Notes: generated from the letters alone by a model not told the origin. A DNA stretch of 64,000 nucleotides from a bacterium (GCA_965216315.1 CBDCFN010000015.1:96001-160000); one strand, 5' to 3'. Counted from the first letter of the stretch, positions 1 to 11,537 are shown. Made by a program: numbers and translations.

Positions 1-463
1 GATCATCAGGAAAAAAATTAAGCATCGCCTGCAACTCATTAAGAAACGAGTCACGGTTGTATGCGGAATTAAAGAAGAGCGCGTCTGCCGCCAATGCCGA
101 CTGTAAATGAATCGCCCCCAAGAAAGCCTTTTGCGTCGTAATGTTGCGCTCTTTTTCCGACCAAGGATAAGAAAGTTGGTTCTCATGAAAGTAAATCGCC
201 GTCGGCGTGCCGGCGGTTTTCTGTCGTGTCAGTGCCAAAAACGACGCCAAGTCGAGCATATCGGAGGCCAAGAGTAGATCCGCTTTGAGATCCTTTGCCA
301 TAAATTCACGGGCCAGCGTCACAGCACCGTGTTGCATCCGCCACTTCCAGGCGCGACCCGGCAAGGTCAGTGTCGTCACATCGTGCTGGCTATACCGGAC
401 ATAGCTCTCAATCCATTTCTGATGGGATCCGGTATAAAAGGGCTCGAGGATAAGGATTTTCAT
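1..463 (-). CDS. DUF3524-domain glycosyltransferase (GTDC1/tRNA-queuosine mannosyltransferase-like), truncated by window edge
   Basis: Not in the ORF track. Manual translation from ATG at 463: MKILILEPFYTGSHQKW...LPGRAWKWRMQHGA...DMLDLASF...YFHENQLSYP...FFNSAYNRDSF, the DUF3524 motifs. GGAG lies just upstream. Confidence 0.85.
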   Translation of the reverse strand, partial: MKILILEPFYTGSHQKWIESYVRYSQHDVTTLTLPGRAWKWRMQHGAVTLAREFMAKDLKADLLLASDMLDLASFLALTRQKTAGTPTAIYFHENQLSYPWSEKERNITTQKAFLGAIHLQSALAADALFFNSAYNRDSFLNELQAMLNFFPDD

Positions 464-521
464 CGCTCCATGCTTCGTAGCCGAGAAAACCGGATGAAAC
501 AAGGGCCTGCCCCTGCTCCTC

Positions 522-549
522 TTATCCACAAGATATCCACAAGATATAG
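522..549. promoter_or_regulatory. DnaA-box-like tandem (TTATCCACA, ATATCCACA) overlapping an NrdR-box-like sequence, in the divergent region upstream of smc
   Basis: TTATCCACA at 522-530 is the exact DnaA box; ATATCCACA at 533-541; CACAAGATATAGT follows. Confidence 0.4.
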
Positions 550-667
550 TAGGTCGGGAAGCGAGGAACCACTATCCCTTGGGTTTTTTGCCCTTTACAC
601 ACTTTAACCGCTTATGCTAGCGTTTTGAGCAACAAATTCACCTCAAAAACGATTACTTAGGCCTCTT

Positions 668-3600
668 ATGAGGATAAAGAAGCTCGAGCTGCAAGGCTTC
701 AAATCTTTCGTCGATCCGACGATCATCGACTTTGACCTCCCTATCGTGGGGATAGTGGGCCCGAACGGCTGCGGCAAATCCAATGTCGTCGATGCCATTC
801 GCTGGGTCATGGGCGAAATGTCCGCCAAACACCTTCGTGGTAAGGCGATGGAAGACGTGATTTTCAATGGGTCTTCCAACCGGGCTCCACTTGGCATGTC
901 GAGCGTCTCGCTGACCTTCTCCACCGAAGACGGCATGGTGCCCCCGCAGTACAGCGGCTTCACCGAAGTCACCGTCACGCGGCGTCTCTACCGTTCCGGC
1001 GAAAGTGACTACATGATCAACAAGGTTCCGTGCCGCCTCCGCGACATACTCGATCTTTTTCTAGGAACGGGGGCCGGGACCAAGGCCTACTCCATCATCG
1101 CGCAAGGACAGGTCGATTTTGCGATCAATGCCAAACCGGAAGACAGACGCCGTCTCATCGAAGAAGCCGCAGGGATCTCTAAGTTTAAAACCCGGCGGGA
1201 TGCGGCCGTGCGCCGCATGGAATCGACGCAAAACAACTTATTGCGCTTAGGTGACATCCTCGCCGAGATTAGACGTCAAATTCGTTCCTTAGAACGCCAA
1301 GTCAAAAAAGCGGAGCGGTACAATCGTTATCGCTCCGAACTTCGCGAACTCGACCTTTATCTCTCCTCCAAGAATTACCTACAAAAACAGTGCGAACAAG
1401 GGGAGATGAACGACCTCTTAAAGGAATGGAGCGGAAAGGAAACGACCGCACATAATTCGCTAACGACGCTGGAAACAGACCTTGAAAAAGAACGTCTCGA
1501 ATTGACGGAGAAAGAAACCGAACTGTCGCGTTTTCAAGAACAGATTTTTGAAGTCAGCAATCGATTGCAACTCGCACGAACTCAACAAGAATATAAGGGC
1601 CGTGAAGTCACAACCCTGCAAGAACAATCCACGCGTTGGAAACAAGAATGCGAAGACGCCCGAGAACGAATTCGGATTGTCAATGAAGAGTTGACAGCAC
1701 GACAAGCCGACGCAGGATCATTTGAAGAAATGACTCAGCAGGCCCGAGAAGCCTTAAACGCCGCTGACGCTGCCTGGAAAAAAGCTCAACAAGAACGACA
1801 GGAAAAAGTCGGTCTGCTCGAAAAATGCCGCGAAACCATTACTTCTTATGGACAGAGCTTGGCAACCCTAGAAAGCCGTTATCATGCGGCGCAACAACAG
1901 CTACCGAGTCTCGAGACTCGGCTGAGCCAGGCAGAAAGTGAATGCAATAAGATTAAAACCCAGACAGAAGAAGCGGCTCGCACTATTCAGGAAACGGAAG
2001 AAACATTAGCAACCCTTACAGGTCAGCATACAACAATGCAGCAACACCGCAGTGAATTAGAAACAAAATTCAATGACGGAACCCGCATTCGTGAAGAAAA
2101 ACAGTATGAGCTAACGAGTATACAGGAAGAACTCGTCAATAAACGTTCGCGGCTGCGTTCACTGGTGGAATTAGAAAAGAGTTTGGAAGGATATGGCGAA
2201 GGGGTTCGCTCCATCCTGAAGACACGGCGGGGCAAAGGGATCCATGGACTCGTCGCGGATGCCATCGAAGCCACTCCGGAATATGAAGCCGCCCTCGTCG
2301 CCGCGCTTGGTGAAAAACTCCAGTACATTATTGTTGAGAGTCAGGAACAAGGACTCGAAGCGATCGACTATCTTAAAAAAGAGGCCGGTGGCCGTTCAAG
2401 CTTTCTTCCTAAAGAAGTCAAGACACAGTCTCATCCCCTGCCTGATGCAGGCACCGGCATTATCGGTCCCTTACGTCGCTTTGTGCAGCTTAAACCCGAG
2501 TTCGCTCAACTAGCCGACTACCTCTTCGGAGATGTCCTGCTCGTCGAAGATTTAGAGACGGCGATTGGCCTCTGGGAAAGTGGCCACCAGTCGCTTCGCT
2601 GCGTCACTCTCAGCGGAGACCGGGTCGATCCTTCGGGCGTGATCGCCGGAGGACGCCCTGGCAAGGGATCTAGTAATGTCCTCGCTAAACGCCGCGAAAT
2701 TGAAGAATTGCGCCGTGAGGTCGTCCGCCTCGAACAAGAGATCGGACTCAAAGACGACTCAGTCAGCCAACTGGAAGGGACGCTCTCCGGCATTGAACTC
2801 GAACGAAAGGCCCTGGAACAAGAGTGGCAAACAATCGAAGTCAATAAAGCCAAACTTGAACAAGATCTTTCTCACCGCAAAGATATGAAGCAGCGTTTTG
2901 ACGAACAGATAGCCGCCCTTCAGGCAAACATCGGTGAGTTGCGTAAAGATATTTCAATAAATAAAGAGAGCCAAGCCGAGCTGGAGCAAAAACAGACTGA
3001 AAACAAAGATCAGACCGCTGAGCAACAAGCACGTCTTTTCAAGGTCCAAGAGGAAGTCAGTACAAGCGATGAGCTTGTCAATACCAAGCATGAAGCCTTA
3101 ACGGAGGCTAAGGTCCGCATGTCATCCGTTCAAGAGCGAGAACAAGCCTATCGTGCTGACCTGGCGCGACTTGAAAGCACTAAAACGGACTTGAATGAGC
3201 GCATTGAAACCCGGACTCACGAAATTAAAGAGGCAGCTGACAAGGTAACGCAGCTCCAACAAGATCTCGAGGGCCTAGCCAAGCAGATCACAACGGAAAC
3301 GGCGTCCAGCGATGAGCTCAAAAAAGCACAGGCGGAAATCCAAGAAATTTTCAACCGCAAGCGGACCGTCCTCCAGGAACATGAATTGAGGGTACGTGAT
3401 TTTCGCAAGCAACTTGATCTGGCCAAAGAGCATACCTCAGATCTCAAAATTTCGCTGACCCGACTCGAAGGAGAGGTTAATTATTTAACCGGACAGATGA
3501 GCGAAAAATATTCCGTTATCCTCCCCGACATCGCTGGGGAATGGTGTGACAAGGTTCCCGAGTGCGAGGACCCGGACACGCGTGCAACAGAGCTCCGCGA

Positions 3601-4240
3601 AAAACTCGACAAAATGGGCCCCGTCAACATGGAAGCCATCCCTGAATTCGAAGATCTCCAGGAACGTGAGGTCTTTTTAACAGAGCAATATAGCGATCTC
3701 GAAGTCTCCATTGAAAATCTTCACAAAGTCATCCGCAAGATTAACCAGACGACTCGCCAACGTTTCGAAGAAACTTTCAAACTCGTTCAAGAAAAATTTA
3801 CTCAGGTCTTCCCGCGACTCTTTAAAGGCGGCCGGGCTGAATTACGCTTGGAAGACCCGAATGACATGCTCAACACCGGCGTCCAGCTCATGGTCCAACC
3901 GCCAGGAAAACGCCTGTCCCATATTTCATTGTTATCGGGGGGGGAGAAGGCGCTGTCGGCGGTCGCTTTCATCTTCTCAATCTTTCTCGTCAAGCCGTCA
4001 CCGTTCTGCATCCTCGACGAAGTCGATGCCCCCTTGGATGATGCCAACACGCGCCGTTTCCACAAACTCATCCAGGACATGACGGATCGGACTCAATTCA
4101 TCCTGATCACGCATAACAAGATCACGATGGAAATCTGCAACAGCCTCTTCGGCGTCACGATGCAGGAACCGGGTGTCTCTAAAATCGTCTCCGTCCACCT
4201 CGATAAGGTCGACGAAATGCCTAGAGCCGCTTCGGCGTAA
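668..4240 (+). CDS. smc: Chromosome segregation protein SMC
   Basis: GFKSF, Walker A GPNGCGKSN, coiled coils with hinge, LSGGEK signature, LDEVDAPLD. Confidence 0.98.
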   Translation: MRIKKLELQGFKSFVDPTIIDFDLPIVGIVGPNGCGKSNVVDAIRWVMGEMSAKHLRGKAMEDVIFNGSSNRAPLGMSSVSLTFSTEDGMVPPQYSGFTEVTVTRRLYRSGESDYMINKVPCRLRDILDLFLGTGAGTKAYSIIAQGQVDFAINAKPEDRRRLIEEAAGISKFKTRRDAAVRRMESTQNNLLRLGDILAEIRRQIRSLERQVKKAERYNRYRSELRELDLYLSSKNYLQKQCEQGEMNDLLKEWSGKETTAHNSLTTLETDLEKERLELTEKETELSRFQEQIFEVSNRLQLARTQQEYKGREVTTLQEQSTRWKQECEDARERIRIVNEELTARQADAGSFEEMTQQAREALNAADAAWKKAQQERQEKVGLLEKCRETITSYGQSLATLESRYHAAQQQLPSLETRLSQAESECNKIKTQTEEAARTIQETEETLATLTGQHTTMQQHRSELETKFNDGTRIREEKQYELTSIQEELVNKRSRLRSLVELEKSLEGYGEGVRSILKTRRGKGIHGLVADAIEATPEYEAALVAALGEKLQYIIVESQEQGLEAIDYLKKEAGGRSSFLPKEVKTQSHPLPDAGTGIIGPLRRFVQLKPEFAQLADYLFGDVLLVEDLETAIGLWESGHQSLRCVTLSGDRVDPSGVIAGGRPGKGSSNVLAKRREIEELRREVVRLEQEIGLKDDSVSQLEGTLSGIELERKALEQEWQTIEVNKAKLEQDLSHRKDMKQRFDEQIAALQANIGELRKDISINKESQAELEQKQTENKDQTAEQQARLFKVQEEVSTSDELVNTKHEALTEAKVRMSSVQEREQAYRADLARLESTKTDLNERIETRTHEIKEAADKVTQLQQDLEGLAKQITTETASSDELKKAQAEIQEIFNRKRTVLQEHELRVRDFRKQLDLAKEHTSDLKISLTRLEGEVNYLTGQMSEKYSVILPDIAGEWCDKVPECEDPDTRATELREKLDKMGPVNMEAIPEFEDLQEREVFLTEQYSDLEVSIENLHKVIRKINQTTRQRFEETFKLVQEKFTQVFPRLFKGGRAELRLEDPNDMLNTGVQLMVQPPGKRLSHISLLSGGEKALSAVAFIFSIFLVKPSPFCILDEVDAPLDDANTRRFHKLIQDMTDRTQFILITHNKITMEICNSLFGVTMQEPGVSKIVSVHLDKVDEMPRAASA

Positions 4241-4249
4241 CCGAGACCT

Positions 4250-7200
4250 TTATCCGGTTTTTTTGAATAACTCAGGTTGGCTTTGATCAATATCTTGAAT
4301 GACCGCCGGGTCAAACCACTGAGCCAGCTTTTCTTTCGTCCACGACTTTTCAAGCACAAGATAACGAATGACTTCGATAGAAGCACTTCGACTTAAATAA
4401 CTTAGTTGTTCACGCAGCGGTGTATTTGGATCGATGCGATTGACATTCCTCAAGCCAAAGCGAACATCGACCGCAGCATCAGAGTCATCCGGATAAATCA
4501 GCTTTCCATCAACAAAGCGCGGTCGACTACTCTTGGTACCCGAAGGGATTACCGCACGTTGGCCTCCCGGCTTCACATCCACGTGAGGCCCGACGAGCTC
4601 TTGAACTGCGTTAAGCGACCAGCCTTTGTTTAAAATGAGATAGGTCGCCAGGTCACTTCGATCGCTAAGCGATGAGTTCGTGACGAGATCTTTTGCAGAT
4701 ACGGAACGGCGAATCGGATTCCGGGCGTGGAACCACTCAAAAACATCAATGTCACGACTCGGAAGACCACTCTCGGCACGACGCCGACTCAAGATTCCGA
4801 GAGCTTGCCGCCAACTATAGGGCTTGCTTGAATGAGGGACATGCAAGCCTTCAGCATCGATCAACGAAACCAAAGGCTTGTTTGCTGCCATGTGCGGATT
4901 CGCAATCATAAACTGCAAATCACCAGGATTTAGTCCTAGGTCAATAAGTTGGGTATGGAGTCTCAATAGCTCCACAACAGTATGTTCCGTAATCCAATGA
5001 CCATCAACCTTTTCCCAATGAGCTCCGTCAGCAACATTGGTAATAATACCGGGACGATCCATCACCCGCGTCATGCCGAGAAACTCCACGTTGCCGAGAT
5101 CGCTATTTTGAGCCAACTCTAACAAGTTCGTTTCATTGGCGATCTGCGCCGGCGTTGCAAAGCCATGATCACGCACCTTAATTGCTACGATACGTTTCTC
5201 CCCGTGCGGGCTCGTCATAACCCCCTCATACACCGTTGCGGCTGAACCCTGACCGAAAACTCTCCCGGTAAACTCGACCGATCCGCCGTTATGCGTCGGC
5301 GCCACATGACCCTTGATGCCTGGCAGAATGGGGTAATAAAAATTATCCCCGACTTTGGTCGCGGTCGTTAGGGAATTATAAAAATTCGCATCCTTGTAAT
5401 AATGAGCTCCGAAGCGATTGAGGTTCGCATCATTTTTTTGACTCGGATAGATTTCATTGCTAGGCCGAATAACGATCTTATGCCAACGCGTCGCTCGTTC
5501 ATCAAGCACCGGCACCATGCCGTCAGCATCCGGATCCGGTGCCGCCACCCGTACCCGAACAACAGCTTGTTGCGCATGACCTTTACGATAGGCCGCATAG
5601 AGGCGGTGATGGCCGTTTTCGACATAAGGAATTCCATCAATGATGACGACCTCGGGAATCTCGGAAGAAATCTGATTATTGCGGTAGGCATCTACCTGGG
5701 CTCTGAAAACGACCTCTTGCGTTGGAACCACATGAGAGAGAGGCAGATCAATGTATTGACCCGCTTTGAAGTGACTGTAATTAGGTGCAACGGCAAGATC
5801 GGCATCGGCTGTCTTACGATACAGTTCGCGTGAATACTGCATACGCTCCCACATCTGCGCTTCCATTTGATTGGGGAGCGCATTCTTCGTGACGCGACCG
5901 ATGACACTATAGCCAGCCATCCGAATCGTGCTGGCGCCGAGGCGTTCCCAGTATGTGGATGCGTCGCTATGTCCAAGCATCACTTCAGTCAGATAAGTAG
6001 AAGTCGTGGCCAACTGGACCTGGACCGCAAACATCCCGGCTCCATCTGCCGACTGCAACGCGACCCGGCGCATACCGGCACTCCCTTTGATGGCTTTTTC
6101 AAGGCCGGCTTTTTTGCCCAGGGCTTTCCAAGCGGAACCGCCACCATGAAAGGCAAAGCTCATCAGGAAATCCATGCCGGCATTCTTGTGACTAAAACGC
6201 CCGGTCAATAGGGCCTGTTGCCCTTCACTGACGTAGGCCTCGGTCACGGCCCCTGCCGTCAAGACCGTACCACGTGCAATAAATCCTCGAACGCCGCCCT
6301 GAGCCGATGCGCGGGCCACAAACGGAATACTTCCAACGCCCGCGCGAACGAGGGCTCCGGCGCCCATACTCGCGGGCAGCGTGACGACCGTCATCACGAC
6401 TTCTTTATAAATAAGGTAACGCGTCTCGTGAGAGATATTCCAGACTCGATCCATCGGGTCCTTCATGTCTTCATACAGAGTCCACGCTTTTTTGGTCAGT
6501 TCGTCGGTCTGACCCGACTCCACCTTGGCTTCAAGAAATTCAAAGGAACGCTTGAGGATGCGACGATCGATCTCTCCTTGGATCGTCATCTCGACCATGG
6601 CCTTCATCTCGGCATCGCTGGGTTTCCCACCTGGGTAGCGCTGTTTAAAAAGTTTGGGCTTGGTCTCTTTTAAGGTCTTGAGCTCTTCTTCCAGCCGTTC
6701 GCGCACTTCTGACTTGCTAAAATCACTATCCACCCGCACGTCCTTGGCAATTTCATCACCCTCTCGGGCCAGAACATCGGCCTTAATCGTATCGATATCC
6801 TTGCCGAATAGCTCGGCCAAGAGCTCAGCGGAAACTTGATAAGACCCGTCCCCACGATTCAACGATTCCGCTAACTCAAGAATCTGCACACGTCTCCCGT
6901 CCGTTTGACTGGCAGCTGCCGCAAGGCCTTCATAGGTCCACAGGCCTAATAAATTGTTGAAGTCGGGGTCTTCCGGGAAAAAACCCCTGTGATCCACCTT
7001 AAATTCACGGATCGCTTCATCGAGTGTCGCGCACTTCTCAGCACCTAAATTCGCTTTCAAACGGTAGAGTGTTGTCTTCAACCCCTCATTCGTAATATCG
7101 GCGCTTAATCCCCAACCGATGGCGTGATTACTGCGGTCGTCATGAAGCATCGCATTCTGACCCAATAACTTATCGATATATTGAATCGTATGTTGGCTGA

Positions 7201-8401
7201 GGATTTCGCGTGCCTCGCTGCGCAAACGTAGTAGCTCGGGATCTTCCGTCTCTTTGGTCGCATTGTTGACGTCCATGTAGGCCAACATCGCACGCGGCAT
7301 ATCATTTTCGAGCATAGCAACGCGGGCTTCATGATACCGTTTGACGGTCGCATGCCGCGCCGTCGTGATCGAACGACGATGATGAGCCGTCATCAGCTGC
7401 TTTTGAACACCACGCAGAATCGACAGTTGGTCGGCAGAATCGATCTCATTAAAGCCATCCGCCAACTCAAGCGTCACGTACCCATCGGCATCGGCTACGA
7501 TCGAAACATACGCGCTATATTCACCAAGGTCATCCTGGCTCAACTCGGATGCATTAGCGCTTTCGGTCAGCGGGATTATGAAATTCTCAATGGCGAGGCG
7601 CCGGCTATAGCTTTGAAAATCCTTGGCAAGGGCATCGGCTTTCGCCTTATTGCCCAGTGCCCGGTTGAGCTTGATCTCTTCGTTAAGCAGTGGAAGAACC
7701 ACCGTGGGATCATCTAGGCCCGTGGCGGCTTCACGTTGTGCTGTCGTCTCTTCAAGTAACTGGGCTAGTTGCTGATCATAGGCATTGGCGATACTCACAT
7801 AGCATTCGTCGACGATAGCCGCTTGCCCAAAAGCATCACGAGCCTCACGATAGTTACCCAGGCGATGATTCATGCACCCTAAGACCTCATACGACTTTAC
7901 ATCATCTGGATTTCCCTTGATTGAGGCACGCGTCACATCAAGTGTTGATTTGATTTCATGAAATGCATTCTTGCCATCACCGGATCGCATTGCCAATTGA
8001 GCCCGTGCGTGAGCGAGGTCGCGGACTAAATAACGGCGCTCGCTCGCCATATGAAGATCCAACTCGGCAAATTTTTGATAAGCAGCCTCAGTGATATCCA
8101 GTTGGACACTCGCAGCGGCAACATCCCCGGCCTGAATCAATCGATTCAATTTAGCGAGTTCCGTTTCGACGTGAGATGCTGGAGTCGAATCGAGGGGAGC
8201 AAAAAGTTTATTCGGTTCGGCTCCCATCAAGCAATCCGGCGCTTCCGGCGTCTCTTCGGAGCAATAAATAGACTCATCCGAGGAGGTGAATGTAGATGAC
8301 GTCATCTCATTTTCGAGTGCTACCGCTTCCTCGCGGGAGTCCAATACGGGTCCGTAGACGAGAATTTCGTTATCCAGTTTGTCAGAAGCTTCTCTTACCA
8401 T
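4250..8401 (-). CDS. 1383-aa multidomain protein: TPR-like N-terminus, Gly/Ala-rich hydrophobic segment, ParB-like domain, kinase-like domain (toxin/effector-like)
   Basis: TPR-like YEVLGCMNHRLGNYREARDAF; ParB-like PEVVIIDGIPYVENGHHRLYAA; kinase-like FGQGSAATVYEG, VAIK, DLQF, LIDAEG; SD GGAGGAGG. Confidence 0.6.
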   Translation of the reverse strand: MVREASDKLDNEILVYGPVLDSREEAVALENEMTSSTFTSSDESIYCSEETPEAPDCLMGAEPNKLFAPLDSTPASHVETELAKLNRLIQAGDVAAASVQLDITEAAYQKFAELDLHMASERRYLVRDLAHARAQLAMRSGDGKNAFHEIKSTLDVTRASIKGNPDDVKSYEVLGCMNHRLGNYREARDAFGQAAIVDECYVSIANAYDQQLAQLLEETTAQREAATGLDDPTVVLPLLNEEIKLNRALGNKAKADALAKDFQSYSRRLAIENFIIPLTESANASELSQDDLGEYSAYVSIVADADGYVTLELADGFNEIDSADQLSILRGVQKQLMTAHHRRSITTARHATVKRYHEARVAMLENDMPRAMLAYMDVNNATKETEDPELLRLRSEAREILSQHTIQYIDKLLGQNAMLHDDRSNHAIGWGLSADITNEGLKTTLYRLKANLGAEKCATLDEAIREFKVDHRGFFPEDPDFNNLLGLWTYEGLAAAASQTDGRRVQILELAESLNRGDGSYQVSAELLAELFGKDIDTIKADVLAREGDEIAKDVRVDSDFSKSEVRERLEEELKTLKETKPKLFKQRYPGGKPSDAEMKAMVEMTIQGEIDRRILKRSFEFLEAKVESGQTDELTKKAWTLYEDMKDPMDRVWNISHETRYLIYKEVVMTVVTLPASMGAGALVRAGVGSIPFVARASAQGGVRGFIARGTVLTAGAVTEAYVSEGQQALLTGRFSHKNAGMDFLMSFAFHGGGSAWKALGKKAGLEKAIKGSAGMRRVALQSADGAGMFAVQVQLATTSTYLTEVMLGHSDASTYWERLGASTIRMAGYSVIGRVTKNALPNQMEAQMWERMQYSRELYRKTADADLAVAPNYSHFKAGQYIDLPLSHVVPTQEVVFRAQVDAYRNNQISSEIPEVVIIDGIPYVENGHHRLYAAYRKGHAQQAVVRVRVAAPDPDADGMVPVLDERATRWHKIVIRPSNEIYPSQKNDANLNRFGAHYYKDANFYNSLTTATKVGDNFYYPILPGIKGHVAPTHNGGSVEFTGRVFGQGSAATVYEGVMTSPHGEKRIVAIKVRDHGFATPAQIANETNLLELAQNSDLGNVEFLGMTRVMDRPGIITNVADGAHWEKVDGHWITEHTVVELLRLHTQLIDLGLNPGDLQFMIANPHMAANKPLVSLIDAEGLHVPHSSKPYSWRQALGILSRRRAESGLPSRDIDVFEWFHARNPIRRSVSAKDLVTNSSLSDRSDLATYLILNKGWSLNAVQELVGPHVDVKPGGQRAVIPSGTKSSRPRFVDGKLIYPDDSDAAVDVRFGLRNVNRIDPNTPLREQLSYLSRSASIEVIRYLVLEKSWTKEKLAQWFDPAVIQDIDQSQPELFKKTG

Positions 8402-8427
8402 GTTCGCACCTCCTCCCCCCTACTATC

Positions 8428-8442
8428 GCAATCGTTGTGCCA
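8428..8442 (-). promoter_or_regulatory. Sigma54 (-24/-12) promoter for the 1383-aa gene
   Basis: Minus strand TGGCAC-AACGA-TTGC, 26 nt upstream of ATG, with SD in between. Confidence 0.8.
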
Positions 8443-8588
8443 GAGTCGGGTAGGAGAAAAAATTCTAACTGTGGATTATTATAGGGCTAATTTTGATGCA
8501 CCGATTTGCCGCAGCGCACTATGCCCCTAGATGGGTCCGGTGGTCACGCGCCAAAACGTACACTTTTTATACGAAATAAACGATGCCG

Positions 8589-11435
8589 CTAGGCTCGGGC
8601 CTGGCGCTTTTTTGGCGCGGACGGCAGGACTTCTTTGAGATATTGTCCGGTATAGGACTTGCGATGTGCGGCGACTTCCTCCGGTGTTCCTTGAACCACG
8701 ATGGTCCCGCCTCCGTCACCGCCCTCCGGGCCAAGATCAATGACCCAGTCGGCCGTTTTGATGACATCGAGGTTGTGCTCGATGATAATGACGGTATTCC
8801 CGCCTTCGACAAGACGATCAAGAACCTCTAACAACATATGAATATCCGCAAAATGCAGCCCCGTCGTCGGCTCATCGAGGATGTAAAGTGTCTTTCCTGT
8901 CGAACGCTTGGAAAGCTCTCGAGATAACTTGATACGTTGGGCCTCCCCGCCTGACAAAGTTGTCGCGGCCTGACCTAACTCCACATACCCAAGCCCAACG
9001 GCAACCAAAGTATCCAACTTATTACGGATCGCCGGAATCTTAGCAAAAAATTCATGCGCCTCTTCGACCGTCATCTTGAGGACATCGGCAATGTTCTTGC
9101 CTTTATAAAGAATCTCTAAAGTTTCACGATTAAAACGCTGGCCACGACAGACTTCGCACTCCACATAGACATCGGGAAGAAAATGCATCTCAATCTTGAT
9201 AATGCCATCCCCTTCACAGGCCTCACAACGCCCGCCTTTAACATTAAAAGAGAATCGCCCCGGTTTATATCCGCGCAGCTTGGCCTCGTTGAGACTCGCA
9301 AAAAGATCACGTACCGGTGTAAACACTTGCGTATAAGTTGCCGGATTAGATCTTGGGGTGCGCCCAATCGGTGACTGATCGATATCGATCACTTTATCGA
9401 TAAACTCGAGTCCTTCAATAGAATCATGTTCTCCTCCGGGATCACGCGCCCCGTTGAGCTGATGTGCCAGGGATTTATATAAAGTGTCATTGATCAACGT
9501 ACTCTTTCCGGAACCCGATACTCCGGTAATGCAAATGCGTAAACCCAAGGGAAACTCGACATCAACGGATTTGAGATTATTTTCGCGCGCACCTTTAAGC
9601 ACCAACGCCTTTCCATTCGCTAAATGGCGCTTGGCTGGGATGGGAATGCTCTTTTTCCCGGAGAGATACTGCCCGGTCAGCGACTTCGGATCCGCCATAA
9701 TGTGCTCCGGCGCTCCTTCGGAAACTATCTTACCACCGTGAACGCCGGCACCTGGCCCCATATCGATAAGATAGTCCGCTTCTTGCATCGTGTTTTCATC
9801 ATGTTCAACGACGAGGACGGTGTTGCCTAGATCACGCAGGCGGGTCAGGGTTGCAATGAGCCGATCGTTATCGCGTTGATGGAGCCCAATTGACGGCTCA
9901 TCAAGGATATAGAGCACCCCGACAAGACTAGCTCCAATCTGCGTTGCTAAGCGAATTCGTTGCGCCTCGCCGCCTGACAAACTCCCGGCCCGACGATCCA
10001 GCGTCAAATAAGCCAACCCGACATTATTCATAAAACTGAGGCGATCGCGAATTTCTTTTAAAATGCGTTCTGCAATCTTGGCGTCTTTCTTGCTCAATTT
10101 GAGTTTATCAAACCACTCCAGCGCTTTGCCGATCGAAAAATGGGTCACATCATCGATATTCAATTTGCTTATCTTAATGGAAAGAGCCTCATGACGCAGC
10201 CGCGACCCCTTACAGGTCGGGCACTTTTGCACCGTCATGTATTTCTCTAATTCTTCACGAATCACTTCGCTATCGGTTTCATGGTAGCGACGATCCAGGT
10301 TGGGAATAACCCCCTCAAACGCTTCACTGTAATGCGAAACCTTGTCCCCTAAATCGTATTCGAAATCGACTTTGTCCTTGCCTCCATAGAGAATCAATTT
10401 TTGGATCTTCTTGGGCAACTTATTAAATGCCGTGTAGACATCAAATTTATAGTGCTTGGCGAGACTTTCAAGCTGGTTCCAGTAATAATCTTCGTAACGA
10501 CCACTCCAGGGGCGAATCGCTCCATCGCGCAAAGATTGTTCCGGTTGTGGGACAACGCTTTTCTCGTCAAAAAACTGCTTAACCCCTAAACCATTACAAT
10601 CAGCACAGGCTCCCTGCGGATTATTGAAAGAAAACATCTGCGGGTTGATATCTGGATAGCTGACACCACAATCGATACAAGCAAATTTCTCTGAAAACAT
10701 CGCGGTTTCACCGCCAAGCACTTCAACCTTAACAAGCCCCTCCGCATGACGTAACGCTGTCTCCAGTGAATCCGCTAAGCGAGCTTCGATACCATCCTTT
10801 AGAATGAGTCGATCAACAAATAGGTCAATGTCGTGACGCTTTTTCTTATCGATCTCGATTCTGTCGGCTAAATCATAAATTTCTCCATCAACGCGAACAC
10901 GTACAAAGCCCTGTTTGGTGAACTCGCGTAGTTCTTTGCTGTATTCACCTTTTCGACTTCGCACAATGGGCGCCAAAATATGGAGCTTACTGCCTTTCTT
11001 GAATTTCAGCACCTGATCGACCATTTGACTGATTGTTTGGGCAGAGATTGTCTTTCCGCATTTAAAGCAAAAGGGTTGGCCAACCCGCGCAAAAAGTAAG
11101 CGCAAATAATCATAGAGCTCCGTCACCGTTCCAACGGTAGAGCGTGGATTGTTACTTGTTTTCTTTTGTTCGATTGAAATAGCCGGAGAAAGCCCCTCAA
11201 TCGTGTCGACCTCAGGCTTGCCCATCTGTTCCAAAAACTGCCGGGCATAGGCCGATAACGATTCTACATAGCGTCGCTGTCCTTCGGCATAAAGGGTGTC
11301 AAACGCGAGTGAAGACTTTCCTGACCCCGAAAGCCCCGTAATTACTACGAGCTTATTCCGAGGAATCGTCACGTTGACGTTCTTGAGGTTATGTTGTCTG
11401 GCACCCCGGACAATGATTTCTTGTGGCTCTGTCAT
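8589..11435 (-). CDS. uvrA: Excinuclease ABC subunit A
   Basis: [23 protein letters not shown], two ABC modules, zinc-finger CxxC pairs. Confidence 0.98.
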   Translation of the reverse strand: MTEPQEIIVRGARQHNLKNVNVTIPRNKLVVITGLSGSGKSSLAFDTLYAEGQRRYVESLSAYARQFLEQMGKPEVDTIEGLSPAISIEQKKTSNNPRSTVGTVTELYDYLRLLFARVGQPFCFKCGKTISAQTISQMVDQVLKFKKGSKLHILAPIVRSRKGEYSKELREFTKQGFVRVRVDGEIYDLADRIEIDKKKRHDIDLFVDRLILKDGIEARLADSLETALRHAEGLVKVEVLGGETAMFSEKFACIDCGVSYPDINPQMFSFNNPQGACADCNGLGVKQFFDEKSVVPQPEQSLRDGAIRPWSGRYEDYYWNQLESLAKHYKFDVYTAFNKLPKKIQKLILYGGKDKVDFEYDLGDKVSHYSEAFEGVIPNLDRRYHETDSEVIREELEKYMTVQKCPTCKGSRLRHEALSIKISKLNIDDVTHFSIGKALEWFDKLKLSKKDAKIAERILKEIRDRLSFMNNVGLAYLTLDRRAGSLSGGEAQRIRLATQIGASLVGVLYILDEPSIGLHQRDNDRLIATLTRLRDLGNTVLVVEHDENTMQEADYLIDMGPGAGVHGGKIVSEGAPEHIMADPKSLTGQYLSGKKSIPIPAKRHLANGKALVLKGARENNLKSVDVEFPLGLRICITGVSGSGKSTLINDTLYKSLAHQLNGARDPGGEHDSIEGLEFIDKVIDIDQSPIGRTPRSNPATYTQVFTPVRDLFASLNEAKLRGYKPGRFSFNVKGGRCEACEGDGIIKIEMHFLPDVYVECEVCRGQRFNRETLEILYKGKNIADVLKMTVEEAHEFFAKIPAIRNKLDTLVAVGLGYVELGQAATTLSGGEAQRIKLSRELSKRSTGKTLYILDEPTTGLHFADIHMLLEVLDRLVEGGNTVIIIEHNLDVIKTADWVIDLGPEGGDGGGTIVVQGTPEEVAAHRKSYTGQYLKEVLPSAPKKRQARA

Positions 11436-11537
11436 CCCAATCCTTCAGCTTAGTCGTTCTCTCTCATTCGCGCAATACCCGTCTTAGTGGTTTGTCAGGA
11501 GTCTTCGGCTAAGTCTTGAATATGTTGTGTTTTTTTC

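Noticed and set aside
464..667. oriC at the DnaA boxes upstream of smc
   Set aside because: Only one perfect and one imperfect box, no clear unwinding element, and no dnaA/dnaN nearby
5402..7717. Plus-strand ORFs inside the 1383-aa gene as immunity genes, and other antisense ORFs in the track
   Set aside because: They are shadow ORFs overlapping well-supported genes, with no motifs
11436..11537. LexA/SOS box upstream of uvrA
   Set aside because: No match to SOS box consensus sequences I can recognise
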